Shown: positions 1-10,337 of the stretch, piece after piece
How positions within the stretch are numbered: the first letter of the stretch is position 1
Layout of the letters: every line of letters begins with the position of its first letter
Origin: Candidatus Latescibacterota bacterium
GTDB taxonomy: Bacteria > Latescibacterota > UBA2968 > GCA-2709665
Length of the DNA: 64,000 nucleotides
Reading direction: 5' to 3'
Assembly (NCBI GenBank): GCA_965203805.1
Contig: OZ241917.1
Coordinates: 1,856,001-1,920,000 of the forward strand
Translations under genes and position numbers: made by a program
Notes under the pieces: generated by a model
What the model saw: only the letters and a program-made list of their open reading frames with translations
The model's database searches: none
Told to the model about the DNA's origin: nothing

Positions 1-1098
1 ATACCGGGTCAGTTCATTCCGTATCACCGCCTCATACACGCCCATTTCGTCGAGCACGTGCAGCGCGGTCTCGAGCATGCCGTCAAACGCGAAAATGGCA
101 TCGGGCAACGCCACCCGTCGCACGACCGAGCACGAAACGTCGCCCTCGAACCACTGGTCGCCGACGAGCCCGCCGGCCATATGAACGTATCCGCCCAGAA
201 GCACCTGAAACCCGTTGATCCGCTCGGCGCTGCGTGTATTCATCTTGTGGGGCATGGCGGACGACCCCACCTGGCCCTTCGCGAAGCCCTCGGTCGCAAT
301 CTCGGCGCCCGCCATCAATCGCAACGTGCGCGACAGATTTGCGATACCCCCGCCCATCTGGTAGAGGCAACTGATCGCTTCGAAATCCAGACCCCGGGGA
401 TAAACCTGTCCCACCGCATTCAACTCGCGTCCGAACCCCAGATACACCCGGACCTCCTCCTGGAGGGCTCTCAGCTTCTCAGGGTCGCCGTGCATGAGCG
501 TCAGCTGGTCCAGCGACGTCCCCACCGCGCCTTTCAACCCCCGAAGCGGGTAATTTTCCACGAGATGCTCGAATCGCCTGAACGCGTGCAGCATTTCCTC
601 GCCGAACATGGCGAATCGCTTTCCCACCGTTGTCGGCTGCGCCGCCGCATGGTGGGTGCGGCCGACAATGGGCATCGCCTTCCATTCCAGCACCCGCGTG
701 CTCAGGCGTAGCAGCATCGCCACGTACTTGCCCGCCAGGTACCGCAGTGATCGCAGCACCTGAAACTGCTCCACGTTGTCGGTCAGGTCGCGGCTGGTCA
801 TGCCCTTGTGGACGTGTTCGTGCCCGGCCCGTTCACAAAATTCCTCGATGCGCGCCTTGACGTCGTGCCGCGTCCGGGCTTCCCGGCGTTGTATCGAGGC
901 CAGATCCACCTGGTCCACAACCGCCTCATAGGCGCGAATAGCCTCCTCCGGCACGTCCAACCCCAGTTTTCGCTGGGCACGCATCACCGCGATCCAGAAC
1001 CGCCGCTCCAGTACGATCCGACCCTCTTCGGACCAGATCCCCCTGATTTCCGAACTCGCGTACCGCCCCGCCAGGACGTTAGGTATATTTTCCGGCAT
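1..1098 (-). CDS. purB: Adenylosuccinate lyase (3' end runs off the window)
   Basis: Not in the ORF track. Manual minus-strand translation from ATG 1098 gives MPENIPNVLAGRYAS...TRHDVKARIEEF...HKGMTSRDLTDNVEQ, and the lyase signature GSSAMPHKMN near 240-270. Confidence 0.93.
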   Translation of the reverse strand, partial: MPENIPNVLAGRYASSEIRGIWSEEGRIVLERRFWIAVMRAQRKLGLDVPEEAIRAYEAVVDQVDLASIQRREARTRHDVKARIEEFCERAGHEHVHKGMTSRDLTDNVEQFQVLRSLRYLAGKYVAMLLRLSTRVLEWKAMPIVGRTHHAAAQPTTVGKRFAMFGEEMLHAFRRFEHLVENYPLRGLKGAVGTSLDQLTLMHGDPEKLRALQEEVRVYLGFGRELNAVGQVYPRGLDFEAISCLYQMGGGIANLSRTLRLMAGAEIATEGFAKGQVGSSAMPHKMNTRSAERINGFQVLLGGYVHMAGGLVGDQWFEGDVSCSVVRRVALPDAIFAFDGMLETALHVLDEMGVYEAVIRNELTRY

Positions 1099-1112
1099 GT
1101 TTTCGTCCGCCG

Positions 1113-2189
1113 TCATTTCCCGGCGTTCCCCCGCTGTGACTGGATTGCTTCGGTGCGAACCGCACGCGCCGGCTCCGAATCCAGTATCTCACCCGCATAC
1201 GCGAAAAGCGCCGGGGTACCCCCGGTATGCACAAAAATCACCGTCTGTTCCGGCCCCCATTGACCCTCCCGTATATGCCGGACCATCGCCCCGAAAGCCT
1301 TTCCGGTATACACCGGATCCAGAATAAGCGCCTCGGTGCGCGCGGCCAGCACAACCGCTTCCCGGCTCGCATCCGTCAACGTACCATAGGCCGTGCCGGC
1401 AAAGGCCCCGTAGGTTTCGAAGTCGTCTCCGGTGAAGGACAGGTCCAGCGACAGCAATATCGCCACCTCGTTCGCAACGCGGGCGAGGTTGGCCGCATCC
1501 TCTTCGTCGTCCTGGGGGCTCGGACTGATCCCCACGACGCGAAGCGGGACCCCCAGCGCCCGGGCGCCCACGACCAGCCCCACGTGCGTATGCACCCCCG
1601 AGCACACGTAAAGGCCGTCCGGGCGGATGTCACGTTCCTGCAGCTGTTCCCACAGTTCCAGAAAACCGTCGACATAGGAAATGCTCCGCAGGTAATACCC
1701 GTCCGTGCTGGTATTGTAGACCCTGAGACCGTCCGCCTTCAGGCGGTCGATGACTCGCTCCTTCTCATCGGGACTGTCTACGAGGTGGACCTCGGCGCCG
1801 AACAGATGATCCAGGAGCAGGTTTCCGTTTACGGGACGGGAATGCGCGTCATTCCGCCCGACCATGACGGCTTTTAGCCCGAAACGCGCCGCCATCGCCG
1901 CGGTCAGACGGGACTGATTGGACTGGGAGGCCGCACCGTGCAACAGAACGTCGTAGCCCTCGCGAATCGCCGGCGCCACCGAGTACTCGAACTCCCGCAC
2001 TTTGTTGCCGCCGAATGCCATGCCGGTCTGATCCTCCCGCTTGATCCAGATACGGGGACCTCCCAGCTTCTCCGTGAGCCTGGGACAATCCAGGAGAGGC
2101 GTGGGCAGGTCCGCCAGGGACAGACGGGAGAATCGCGCCAGGCGCTTCCTCAACGCTTCAGCTGTAATCACCGGTGTCGCCGCCGCCAT
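1113..2189 (-). CDS. D-cysteine desulfhydrase / ACC deaminase family PLP enzyme
   Basis: LPTPL, IKRED..GGNKVR (PLP lysine), SNQ, LDPVYTGKA and FVHTGG motifs; start reassigned to MAAATP at 2189. Confidence 0.88.
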   Translation of the reverse strand: MAAATPVITAEALRKRLARFSRLSLADLPTPLLDCPRLTEKLGGPRIWIKREDQTGMAFGGNKVREFEYSVAPAIREGYDVLLHGAASQSNQSRLTAAMAARFGLKAVMVGRNDAHSRPVNGNLLLDHLFGAEVHLVDSPDEKERVIDRLKADGLRVYNTSTDGYYLRSISYVDGFLELWEQLQERDIRPDGLYVCSGVHTHVGLVVGARALGVPLRVVGISPSPQDDEEDAANLARVANEVAILLSLDLSFTGDDFETYGAFAGTAYGTLTDASREAVVLAARTEALILDPVYTGKAFGAMVRHIREGQWGPEQTVIFVHTGGTPALFAYAGEILDSEPARAVRTEAIQSQRGNAGK

Positions 2190-2374
2190 TCGAGCACCTT
2201 TCCTTCGCTGCTTCCAGGGCTTGACGCACGTCACATTGCCACTCGAAACGAAATATAGTTTTCCGGAACTGCAGATGCAAAGACTATCCCCGAGCGGTCG
2301 AACAGAAGCCCCGCCGGCGAAGAGCCGGCGGGGCCGAATACCGATAACCGGGCTGTGGGTCCCACCGGCGCCCG

Positions 2375-2752
2375 TCAAAGAATCTCCAGCACGGTCTCGG
2401 GCGGCCGGCCCAGCCTTGCCCCGTTCCCACTGACGACAATCGGCCGCTCGATCAGGATGGGATGTCTCGACATCGCGCGGATCAGCGCCGAGCGATCGTC
2501 CGCCTTTTCTTCCAGGCGAAGCTCGGCGTATTCATCCTCCCCGGTCCGGACCAGATCCACGGGTCGGATACCCAGCATGTCCAGTATCCGGGAAAGCGTC
2601 TGTTCGTCCGGGGGCGATTTCAGGTACTCGACGATTCTCGGCTCAATACCGCGCTCCTTCAATAGTTTCAACGTCTGCCTGCTTTTGCTGCAAGCCGGAT
2701 TGTGGTAGATGACGACTTCGCTCACGAAAACCTCCTTGCATTCATTGCCCAA
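2375..2752 (-). CDS. arsC: Arsenate reductase (glutaredoxin-type, ArsC family)
   Basis: YHNPACSKSR, YLKSPP, HPILIERPIV and RLGRPPE motifs. Confidence 0.85.
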   Translation of the reverse strand: MGNECKEVFVSEVVIYHNPACSKSRQTLKLLKERGIEPRIVEYLKSPPDEQTLSRILDMLGIRPVDLVRTGEDEYAELRLEEKADDRSALIRAMSRHPILIERPIVVSGNGARLGRPPETVLEIL

Positions 2753-4456
2753 TCAGGGTATCACCGGCAGAACCACACGGGACGGCCGGCCCGCGTCGTG
2801 GAAAATTTTCTGATGCGCCGCCCGCAGGACCGTGTCGCGGTAATCGTCGCCGCCGGTATTGTGATTTCTGTCGAAGTTCGGAAAATCGCTGCTGGAAACG
2901 TCCAGCCGGATGCGGTGGCCCTTCCTGAAGAGATTGCTGGTAGGATTCACGCGAATCGTGTATTCGTAGACCCGGTCCGGCTCAATCAGGGACGGGGCAT
3001 CGAAGGAATGCCGGTACCGCGCGCGTACGATTCCGTGACACAATTCCTGGACGAATCCGTTGGGCCAGACGTCCATCAACTTGGCGACGAAATCCGTATC
3101 GGGGGCGGACGAAGCCGCGAACAGGCGCACCTCGACCGGCCCGGTCACCTCTACAGGCGCGGCCAGCGGCGGCGTCATGTACACCATCACGTCGCGCCTG
3201 CCGTCCAGGGCCCGCTGGTCCATGGGCGCATGCTGGCCGCCGGTCGTGTAAAGGGTCATCAACGGGTCTCTCGGGTCGTAGTCGTACGCGTCCGGTTCCT
3301 GGTTCCCGGGCGCCTCCCGGGAGAGCCATCCCGCGCCGGCGGGCAGGTCCGCATGGCCGGAACTGTGCAGATAGAACGTCGTAAACCTGGTTCGCTGCAG
3401 CGGCCATTCCCGCTCACCGCGCCACCTGTCGGCCCCCATGACGAAGAGTTGCAGCGGGGGCCAGTCCGAAGCCTCGCTCCGTCGTCCTTTGAGCCAGCGC
3501 GAAAACCAGGCATCCGCGATTTCGTAAAAGTCCCGTGCGGCTTCCGGTCCGAAATCCAACTCACCCACGCGACGATCCAGGTCCAGGAGCGTGTGGGTCC
3601 ATGGGCCGACGATCAGGTGTTGATTCTGCCGGGCGCACGGACTCCCGCCGTTTTCCCGCATGCCCGTAAAATGCTTGAATATTCCGATCTGCTGATCATA
3701 CCACCCCGCCGTACCCAGCACGGGGACCTTCACGTTCGCGTGTTTGTCCTGGAAACGGAAGTGGTCCACGGCATGGTCATCGAGCCACCGCTTCCAATGT
3801 TTGCCCATCCCCGGCATCACATCCTCGGGGATATCCATCAGCGGCAGATACCAGAGCCATTTGCTCCGGTCCCGGTCCTGCCATAGCCGCGACGCGTCGT
3901 CCTTTGCCTTTTCCTTCCAGGGGTGCCCGGTTCGCCGGGCCGTGTCTACCGACAGGTTATTAATGGTCCAATCCATCACCCGTCCGAGGCGAAGCACGCC
4001 GCTCAGCTCCCGGTCCAGAAGGTTCGCGGCAATTCCGCCCGCAAGCATTGCCACCAGATTGGGGGGACGCGTGTGCGCAAGTTCCCACTGTACCCACCCG
4101 TCGTACGAGTTTCCGAACGTCCCCACTTTCCCGTCCGACCATGGCAATCCCGCCGCCCACGCCACCGTATCGTAACCGTCCTCCGAGTCCCGGTGGTCCC
4201 CACTGAAAAACCCGGGTTGAAACTCGCCGTCCGATGCGTACCGCCCGCGAACGTCCTGAATGACCACCACGTATCCGCGCTCGGCCATCTTCGGGCCAAT
4301 CTCAAGCTGCTTCTCTCCCTCCTTATCGTACGGCGTCCGGCAAAGCAATACCGGAAACTTGCCCTGTATATCGGGCCGGTAGACGTCCCCGCGCAGCACC
4401 GTACCATCACGCATCACCGCCTGGAGGTCCTTTTCCTTCACCGTTGGACAGGACAT
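2753..4456 (-). CDS. CocE/NonD family serine hydrolase
   Basis: MRDGTVL, RTPY, QDVRGRYAS, G-N-S-Y-D-G nucleophile elbow, GPWTH, C-terminal SSSDFPNFDRN. Confidence 0.92.
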   Translation of the reverse strand: MSCPTVKEKDLQAVMRDGTVLRGDVYRPDIQGKFPVLLCRTPYDKEGEKQLEIGPKMAERGYVVVIQDVRGRYASDGEFQPGFFSGDHRDSEDGYDTVAWAAGLPWSDGKVGTFGNSYDGWVQWELAHTRPPNLVAMLAGGIAANLLDRELSGVLRLGRVMDWTINNLSVDTARRTGHPWKEKAKDDASRLWQDRDRSKWLWYLPLMDIPEDVMPGMGKHWKRWLDDHAVDHFRFQDKHANVKVPVLGTAGWYDQQIGIFKHFTGMRENGGSPCARQNQHLIVGPWTHTLLDLDRRVGELDFGPEAARDFYEIADAWFSRWLKGRRSEASDWPPLQLFVMGADRWRGEREWPLQRTRFTTFYLHSSGHADLPAGAGWLSREAPGNQEPDAYDYDPRDPLMTLYTTGGQHAPMDQRALDGRRDVMVYMTPPLAAPVEVTGPVEVRLFAASSAPDTDFVAKLMDVWPNGFVQELCHGIVRARYRHSFDAPSLIEPDRVYEYTIRVNPTSNLFRKGHRIRLDVSSSDFPNFDRNHNTGGDDYRDTVLRAAHQKIFHDAGRPSRVVLPVIP

Positions 4457-4538
4457 TCGCGCCTTTCCGTTACCCCTTTTTTCGATCCGCGACCGAGAAA
4501 AAACAGCACGTGAGCGGTGCGCTCCTTACACGACGGAG

Positions 4539-6341
4539 TTAGGCCAATTCCCATACCAGCACGGTGGTGTCCGCGGACCCGGACAGGATATAACGTCCGT
4601 CGCGACCCGCAGCCAGCGTGTGGACGGACCCCTCGTGCCCGGCGAATTCGGCGAGAGAAACAGCGGAGTCCCAATCCCATACGATCACCCTGCCATCCTG
4701 CCCGGCGGAACAGAACGACCTCCCGTCGGGCAGCAGCAGGACGTCCTCCACGCCGCCGCCGTGCTCGTACGAACGCACCTCCCGCCCTTCCCGCAGATCC
4801 CACTGAACCACCGATCCATCACGGCCCGCGGACACTACCGTGCCACTCTGCGCACAGGCCACGGCCTGCACCCAGCCCCGGTGCGCGGCCGCCATTGCCT
4901 TCAACGCTCCCGTCGCCAGGCGCCAGACCCTCACGGCGCCGTCCCGTCCACCGCTCACGACGTCTCGGCCGTCCGGTGAGACTGCCAGCGCCAGGACGCC
5001 GCCCAGATGCCCTTCCAGGGTTCGTTCAGCCCGTCCCGAAACGGCATCCCACACCCGGACCGAGCCATCGTCCGCAGCGCTTACGACGTTGTCGGGTCCG
5101 GCGAAGACCACCGCCCGAACGAATCCGAGATGCCCGTTGAGCGCGTGCGCGCAGTTTCCGTTTTCGCACTCGAAAATGTGGACGCTGCCGTCCTTGCACC
5201 CCGCCGCGACCCGGGCGCCATCGGGGGAAACCGCCAGCGCGTGGACTTCGCCGCCAGGGCACTCAACCGTTCGCGTTGACGTCCATCCCTCCGTCTCCCA
5301 CCATCGGATGGTCCTGTCCGTGGAGCCGGAAATCGCCATGGACCCGTCGGGCGTCACCGCAAGGGCCCGCACGCCGGCCATGTGCCGCTCCCATCGCAGG
5401 CGAGGCCGGCCCGTGGCCATGGCGGTCTCCGCCAGCAGCCCGTCGCTGCCGTGGGAAAGCACACGGTCACCATCGGGTGAAATCCGGATTCGGTTGACGT
5501 GACTCTGATGGGGGTACCACCTTTTCGCGATCGTGGCCGTCTTCCGGTCCCACAGCCGGATCGACCCGTCCCGGGATCCGGTCAGGAGGTGCCGGTCGTC
5601 TCTGCCATATGCCACCGAGGGCACGGCGTGCCCCAGATGCCCGGTAAACGTCTCGAGACATTCGTAGTCCCGCAGGCGCCATTCGTTCGACTTGTGGCGG
5701 GTTCCCACCAGCAGCCGCGCCCCGTCCGCGGACAGGCACATATCGTAACAGACGTAATCCTCCACGAAGACCTTCAGCCGCGCCCCGGTCGCCAGGTCGT
5801 AGTGGTAGACATTGTGGCCTGGCTGATGGGCCACCAGCGCCGTCCGGCCGTCCGGAGCGTACAGGCAGAGATTGAAGTGCTCTCCGGCATCCGAAATCGC
5901 GATGCGCCGTCTACCCTTCTCCCGGTCCCACTCCTCCACGGTGCAGGTCCCCTGGTCCAGGGTCAGCACGCGGTTCTCGTCCGGCGAATACCGCAACGAG
6001 ACGAGCGATGTCCGCCCCGTGTCAAATCCGCCAACCTCGCGCGGAATTTCGGTCAGACGCCATTCGCTCAGCACGCCCGCCTCATCGGCGAACAACGCTC
6101 TTGACACGTCGCGGTTCCAGGCCGCGGCCGTCAGGCGATGGTCCGACACCCGGTGCCGGGCAATGCATTCGCCCTCCTTCAGATCCCAGACGCAGAGGGT
6201 TTTCCCCGATATCACGAACGCCTGCCGGCCGTCGGCGGAGTAGACCATGTCGGTTACCGACCCCCGCATCCGGCGGGTCCCCAGCCGCCCCACCGCACCT
6301 TCGGGCAATGGATCGCCCAGATGGTCTCTGTGAACGTTCAT
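4539..6341 (-). CDS. WD40 repeat protein
   Basis: Many GH...SGS.D.TVR.W repeats; N-terminal GDPLPEGAVGRLG motif; ATG 6341 overlaps the upstream stop (ATGA). Confidence 0.9.
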   Translation of the reverse strand: MNVHRDHLGDPLPEGAVGRLGTRRMRGSVTDMVYSADGRQAFVISGKTLCVWDLKEGECIARHRVSDHRLTAAAWNRDVSRALFADEAGVLSEWRLTEIPREVGGFDTGRTSLVSLRYSPDENRVLTLDQGTCTVEEWDREKGRRRIAISDAGEHFNLCLYAPDGRTALVAHQPGHNVYHYDLATGARLKVFVEDYVCYDMCLSADGARLLVGTRHKSNEWRLRDYECLETFTGHLGHAVPSVAYGRDDRHLLTGSRDGSIRLWDRKTATIAKRWYPHQSHVNRIRISPDGDRVLSHGSDGLLAETAMATGRPRLRWERHMAGVRALAVTPDGSMAISGSTDRTIRWWETEGWTSTRTVECPGGEVHALAVSPDGARVAAGCKDGSVHIFECENGNCAHALNGHLGFVRAVVFAGPDNVVSAADDGSVRVWDAVSGRAERTLEGHLGGVLALAVSPDGRDVVSGGRDGAVRVWRLATGALKAMAAAHRGWVQAVACAQSGTVVSAGRDGSVVQWDLREGREVRSYEHGGGVEDVLLLPDGRSFCSAGQDGRVIVWDWDSAVSLAEFAGHEGSVHTLAAGRDGRYILSGSADTTVLVWELA

Positions 6342-7372
6342 GGTCCTACCCCCTGTTTCGCGACCAACCGGCCGTCGGCCCCAAGGACATTCCGGAACGC
6401 CCGTGTATTTCCCCCGGCCCGCACCACGTTTTCGGGCATGGGGCTGAGACACCGGTTGTGGTGAATGCGGGCATCCTGGCAGGGCGCGCCCCGGATCACC
6501 ACGCTGCGCACGTCCTGTGCGATAAACGTGTTGTGGTGGATGTCCATCCAGTCGCCGGAGATCTCGGTCGCATCTCCCCTGTCCTGTCCGCCGTGCATGT
6601 CGAAGAGGTGACCGTTGGCGTGTTCCAGGCAGATATTGTAACGCGCTTCATAGCCCGAGCCCGGTGATCCGCTGGATGCAATATGGTGCCTGCACCAGTC
6701 GAACAGATTCGCTTCAACCAGCACCGTGGCGCCGTTGATGCTGACGCCGTACCCCAGGCCGCCCTTCTGATTGTGGTGGATGAAGTTGTGGTGCACGTAT
6801 CCCCTGGTGGCGCCTTCGTCGAACCGGGTCGCCGCCACACTGAATCCCCAGATGGCACAGTTGTCGATCTCCAGCGCGAAATGGGACGTCATGATGCCGT
6901 AAGAAGAATGCGCGGCCCGTTCGCGGTGAGGGTAAGGGCCCCGGATACGCAATCCGGTTACCCGGGCGTGGTCTCCCGCCGTCCGGAACAGAAACGGCGT
7001 GTCCAGTACGTTGGAGAAGATCAGCCCGCCCGCGGACCCGCAGGCGCCGCGGTCTCCGGCCAGTGTCACAGCTTCCGGAATCGTCAGACCGGGCCGTCCG
7101 CCCATATCGATCTCGGCATCACGAGGAACGAAAACCACGTCGCCCCCGGCGGCTTCGTCCAGCGCCCGCGCCAATTCTCCGTAGCCGCAAACGGAACGTA
7201 CGCCGCCTGTAAACCCGTCCCCGTACCCTTCACCCCCGCCGATCGGATTTCCCGTGGGGTTGTGTTCGGCGCCGAACGCTTCCGTGCCGCCCTCAAGGTC
7301 CGCCTCGCCCGACCAGCGCGCCGTACGTGCCGTGCGGATCCCGCCACCCGATGCCCGTTCAATCGAAATCAA
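6338..7372 (-). CDS. Right-handed parallel beta-helix protein (pectin lyase-like fold), function unknown
   Basis: Repeated I/V-H-H-N-x-I/F and EANLF strands; GGAGG 7 nt before TTG at 7372; start uncertain. Confidence 0.65.
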   Translation of the reverse strand: MISIERASGGGIRTARTARWSGEADLEGGTEAFGAEHNPTGNPIGGGEGYGDGFTGGVRSVCGYGELARALDEAAGGDVVFVPRDAEIDMGGRPGLTIPEAVTLAGDRGACGSAGGLIFSNVLDTPFLFRTAGDHARVTGLRIRGPYPHRERAAHSSYGIMTSHFALEIDNCAIWGFSVAATRFDEGATRGYVHHNFIHHNQKGGLGYGVSINGATVLVEANLFDWCRHHIASSGSPGSGYEARYNICLEHANGHLFDMHGGQDRGDATEISGDWMDIHHNTFIAQDVRSVVIRGAPCQDARIHHNRCLSPMPENVVRAGGNTRAFRNVLGADGRLVAKQGVGP

Positions 7373-7407
7373 GTGATTACCTCCGACGTTCAAGGCCTTC
7401 CGTTCAA

Positions 7408-8589
7408 TCAGTCCGCCACACCGCAGTAGTTCATCGCCGTGAGCGCGTATACCTTCGCGGCCGCCCCGATTCGCGCCACCGACACCCATTCGTCGTCGGA
7501 ATGGGCCGTCTCGTTCGACGGCCCATAGTAGAACGTGGGTACCCCCGTCTCGTTCATATAGATGTTGGCGTCGCCGACCAGCCGTCGTCCCACGTAACTG
7601 ACGTCCTTGCCTGCCACTTCCCGGTGGGCCGCGGCAGCCGCCCGAACCGCCGGATCGTCCCGCCGTGTCTCGAACGGCTCCCGCTCCAGCGCCATGTCGA
7701 TGGAAAGCCCCATGTTCCCGGCCCTCGCAAATGGCTCAGCCATAGATTCCAGTTCGATCAGCACCGAAGACTTGGTCCTGCCCGGCAGCCACCGCCGCGT
7801 CCCTGTAAGCACGCACCGGCCCGGCGTCCGGTTGAAGTAGTCGCCGGCCCGAACGATGCCCAGATCGATCCGCTCCGGTCCGGCCAGCGGATGCACGTCA
7901 CCTGCATCCAGTTCCCGCTGCCTCTCGGTTATTCTCCGGATCAGGTCTCCCACGTGGCGAACGGGGTTTTCAGCGAACGGCACGTAATTCGTATGGGTGC
8001 CGCCCCGTGGCGACGTCAGCGTGATCGTGAACACCATCGACCCCATGCTCATCACCCAGAGTTCGTCGCCGCCCTCCACGATGAGAATACGGTCGCATTT
8101 CAGCCGTCCCCTGTTCACATCCGCCACGAGCGCCAGCGGGCCGTCTTTCTCGGCTTCAGGTTCCTCGTGGCCGACCACACCGGTGACCAGCAGATCGCCC
8201 TTGAGACGCACCCCCGAATCCTGAAACGCCTTCGCCGCACCCAGCATCGCGGCCACGCCACCCTTCATGTCTGTCGTGCCACGTCCGAAGATCCGGTCGC
8301 CCTCCCGCCGCACGGGGGTGCAGTCGCCGGTGGGAATCGTATCCAGGTGCCCATTCAGCAGCAACGCGGGGCCGTCGTTGGCGCCCCCGATTCCGGCGTA
8401 CAGATTTCTCCGTCCAGGCGTCACCTCGTGCGCGTCCACGTTCAGTCCCAGATCGGTCAGTTGCGCCTCGAAACACGCACAAACGTCGGCTTCCTCGCCG
8501 GTGACGCTGGGAATCTCGACAAGCCTGAGCGCCTGTTCGGCCATCCACTCCACATCGATCGCATTCAGAACCGCCTCTCGCGCGCCCAT
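7408..8589 (-). CDS. M20 family metallo-amidohydrolase (ArgE/DapE-like)
   Basis: LNGHLDT, GRGTTDMKGG, GHEE and AHSDDE metal-binding motifs. Confidence 0.9.
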   Translation of the reverse strand: MGAREAVLNAIDVEWMAEQALRLVEIPSVTGEEADVCACFEAQLTDLGLNVDAHEVTPGRRNLYAGIGGANDGPALLLNGHLDTIPTGDCTPVRREGDRIFGRGTTDMKGGVAAMLGAAKAFQDSGVRLKGDLLVTGVVGHEEPEAEKDGPLALVADVNRGRLKCDRILIVEGGDELWVMSMGSMVFTITLTSPRGGTHTNYVPFAENPVRHVGDLIRRITERQRELDAGDVHPLAGPERIDLGIVRAGDYFNRTPGRCVLTGTRRWLPGRTKSSVLIELESMAEPFARAGNMGLSIDMALEREPFETRRDDPAVRAAAAAHREVAGKDVSYVGRRLVGDANIYMNETGVPTFYYGPSNETAHSDDEWVSVARIGAAAKVYALTAMNYCGVAD

Positions 8590-8590
8590 T

Positions 8591-9322
8591 TCAGACCTCA
8601 CCGCATGCACGGACAAACGCGTCCGAGGTGGATGTATAGCCCACATTCGCTTCGATGAATCGGATCCCGAAGAGACTCGCCAATCCCTCGGCCTCGGTCT
8701 CGGGGTATTCCAGGGTACTGCAACAGTCCCGAAGCACGATGACGCGGTAATTCCGGTACATGGCCTCGGTTACCGTTGTCCCGAGGCAGATCCGCGTGTC
8801 GAACCCGACCGTCACAAGGTTGTAGATCCCCAGGCTGCGCAGCAGCGAATCCAGGTGCGTCTCGAAGAACCCGCTGTACATCTGTTTCTTTACCAGGTAA
8901 TCTCCGGCTTCCGGAGCGATCACATCCGAAAACGCAAGGATGTCATTCGGTTCCGGCCACGCCTCGAGCACGTCCACGCCGCAGGTCCGGATGGACATCC
9001 TGCGCCACTCCGTCCGTTCGTTGGTCGAGGGCGCCAGGTAATTCGTTACGTAGACGACGGGAAGCCCGAGGCGCTTCGCGGCGTCTTTGGCGGGACGGAT
9101 GTGATTCACCACAATCTCACGGTTTTTTATCACGGCGGCACGATACAGCTCCGGAACGTCTCCCGGATCGTGGTCGGGATCATAACCCTTTCCGTAGACG
9201 TCCACCAGAAAAAACGCCGTATTGTCCAGACCCAGTTCAAGTTCCTCCTCCGCGTGGCCCAGATGGCGGCCGGGCGGATGCTGCCGGTAATACCTGCCTC
9301 TCAAGCCGATCTTTTTCGACAT
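8591..9322 (-). CDS. Isochorismatase-family cysteine hydrolase
   Basis: LVDV, KQMYSGF and GFDTRIC give the D-K-C triad; LRDC. Confidence 0.85.
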   Translation of the reverse strand: MSKKIGLRGRYYRQHPPGRHLGHAEEELELGLDNTAFFLVDVYGKGYDPDHDPGDVPELYRAAVIKNREIVVNHIRPAKDAAKRLGLPVVYVTNYLAPSTNERTEWRRMSIRTCGVDVLEAWPEPNDILAFSDVIAPEAGDYLVKKQMYSGFFETHLDSLLRSLGIYNLVTVGFDTRICLGTTVTEAMYRNYRVIVLRDCCSTLEYPETEAEGLASLFGIRFIEANVGYTSTSDAFVRACGEV

Positions 9323-9337
9323 CGACGCCTCCAGCGA

Positions 9338-10333
9338 TCAATGGGTCTCCACCGTTACCGGCGCCTTGCGTTCCAGTGACCTGTAGGCCGCCTCGGAAAG
9401 CCGTGCGACCTGCAGGGCAAAGTCCGGGGCTTCATATCCCACTCCGCCGCTCCGGATCCAGGCGAAGAACGCCGCGTCGGGCGTGGTCTCGCGAACCCGA
9501 TCGGGAATCGTCATGGGTTCGTCGTTCACCAGCACCGCCTTTACGTTCCACTTGTAGAGGTGGAAGACGATGCATCCTTCGGCGCCATGGATGGCGATGC
9601 GCTCGTCATGCTCCCTGGCATTGCCGAACGTGCTGATCGTGCCCACGGCTCCCCCATCGAACCGCACATTCAGTACGGCGTTGACGTCCACGTCCAACTT
9701 GCCGCAATCCATAAATGCCGAGACTTCCAACGGCGCCAGCCCGGTAATCCACAACGTGGACGCAACCAGGTGGCTGCCCGTATCCATAAACATGCCGCCG
9801 CCGGAGAGCTCGGGATCCAGGCGCCAACCCTTCACGCCCCCCCAATTCTGTGTCACGTAGGAAACCACCCCGCGCAATTCCCCGATATGTCCATCGCGCA
9901 CCAGTTCCCGTGCGAACACGTGCGGGGCGAAGTAGTTCCGCTGGTAGCTCACCTGCAGAAACCGCTCTTTCTCCGCCGCCAGGTCGATCAGCGCCCGCGT
10001 ATGCGCCGAAGAGACCGTCAGCGGCTTCTCCACCAGCACGTGCAATCCCGATTCGAGCCCGAGCCGCGCCTGTTCGAAGTGCATCGAATGCGGCGAACTG
10101 ATGAAAATCGCATCGAGCGCTTCCTCCTGAATCATGCGGCGATAGTCCTCGTAACAGGCGACCTCGCGTCCGTATCGATCCATCAACAGCGCAGCCTGCT
10201 CCGATACCGGATCCGCCACGCAAACCAGCGTTACATCCTGCTCAGCCTGAATCCGCGGCACGTGAGCGCCGCGCATATTGCCGCCGCAGCCGATCAGGCC
10301 CAGACGAATCGCTTCAGCCATTTCTCCCTCCAT
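9338..10333 (-). CDS. Gfo/Idh/MocA family oxidoreductase
   Basis: IGCGG, HVLVEKP, WRLDPELSGGG and DTGSH motifs. Confidence 0.92.
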   Translation of the reverse strand: MEGEMAEAIRLGLIGCGGNMRGAHVPRIQAEQDVTLVCVADPVSEQAALLMDRYGREVACYEDYRRMIQEEALDAIFISSPHSMHFEQARLGLESGLHVLVEKPLTVSSAHTRALIDLAAEKERFLQVSYQRNYFAPHVFARELVRDGHIGELRGVVSYVTQNWGGVKGWRLDPELSGGGMFMDTGSHLVASTLWITGLAPLEVSAFMDCGKLDVDVNAVLNVRFDGGAVGTISTFGNAREHDERIAIHGAEGCIVFHLYKWNVKAVLVNDEPMTIPDRVRETTPDAAFFAWIRSGGVGYEAPDFALQVARLSEAAYRSLERKAPVTVETH

Positions 10334-10337
10334 CGCT

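Noticed and set aside
2375-2752. Arsenic-resistance operon
   Set aside because: arsC stands alone, with no arsR, arsB or acr3 nearby
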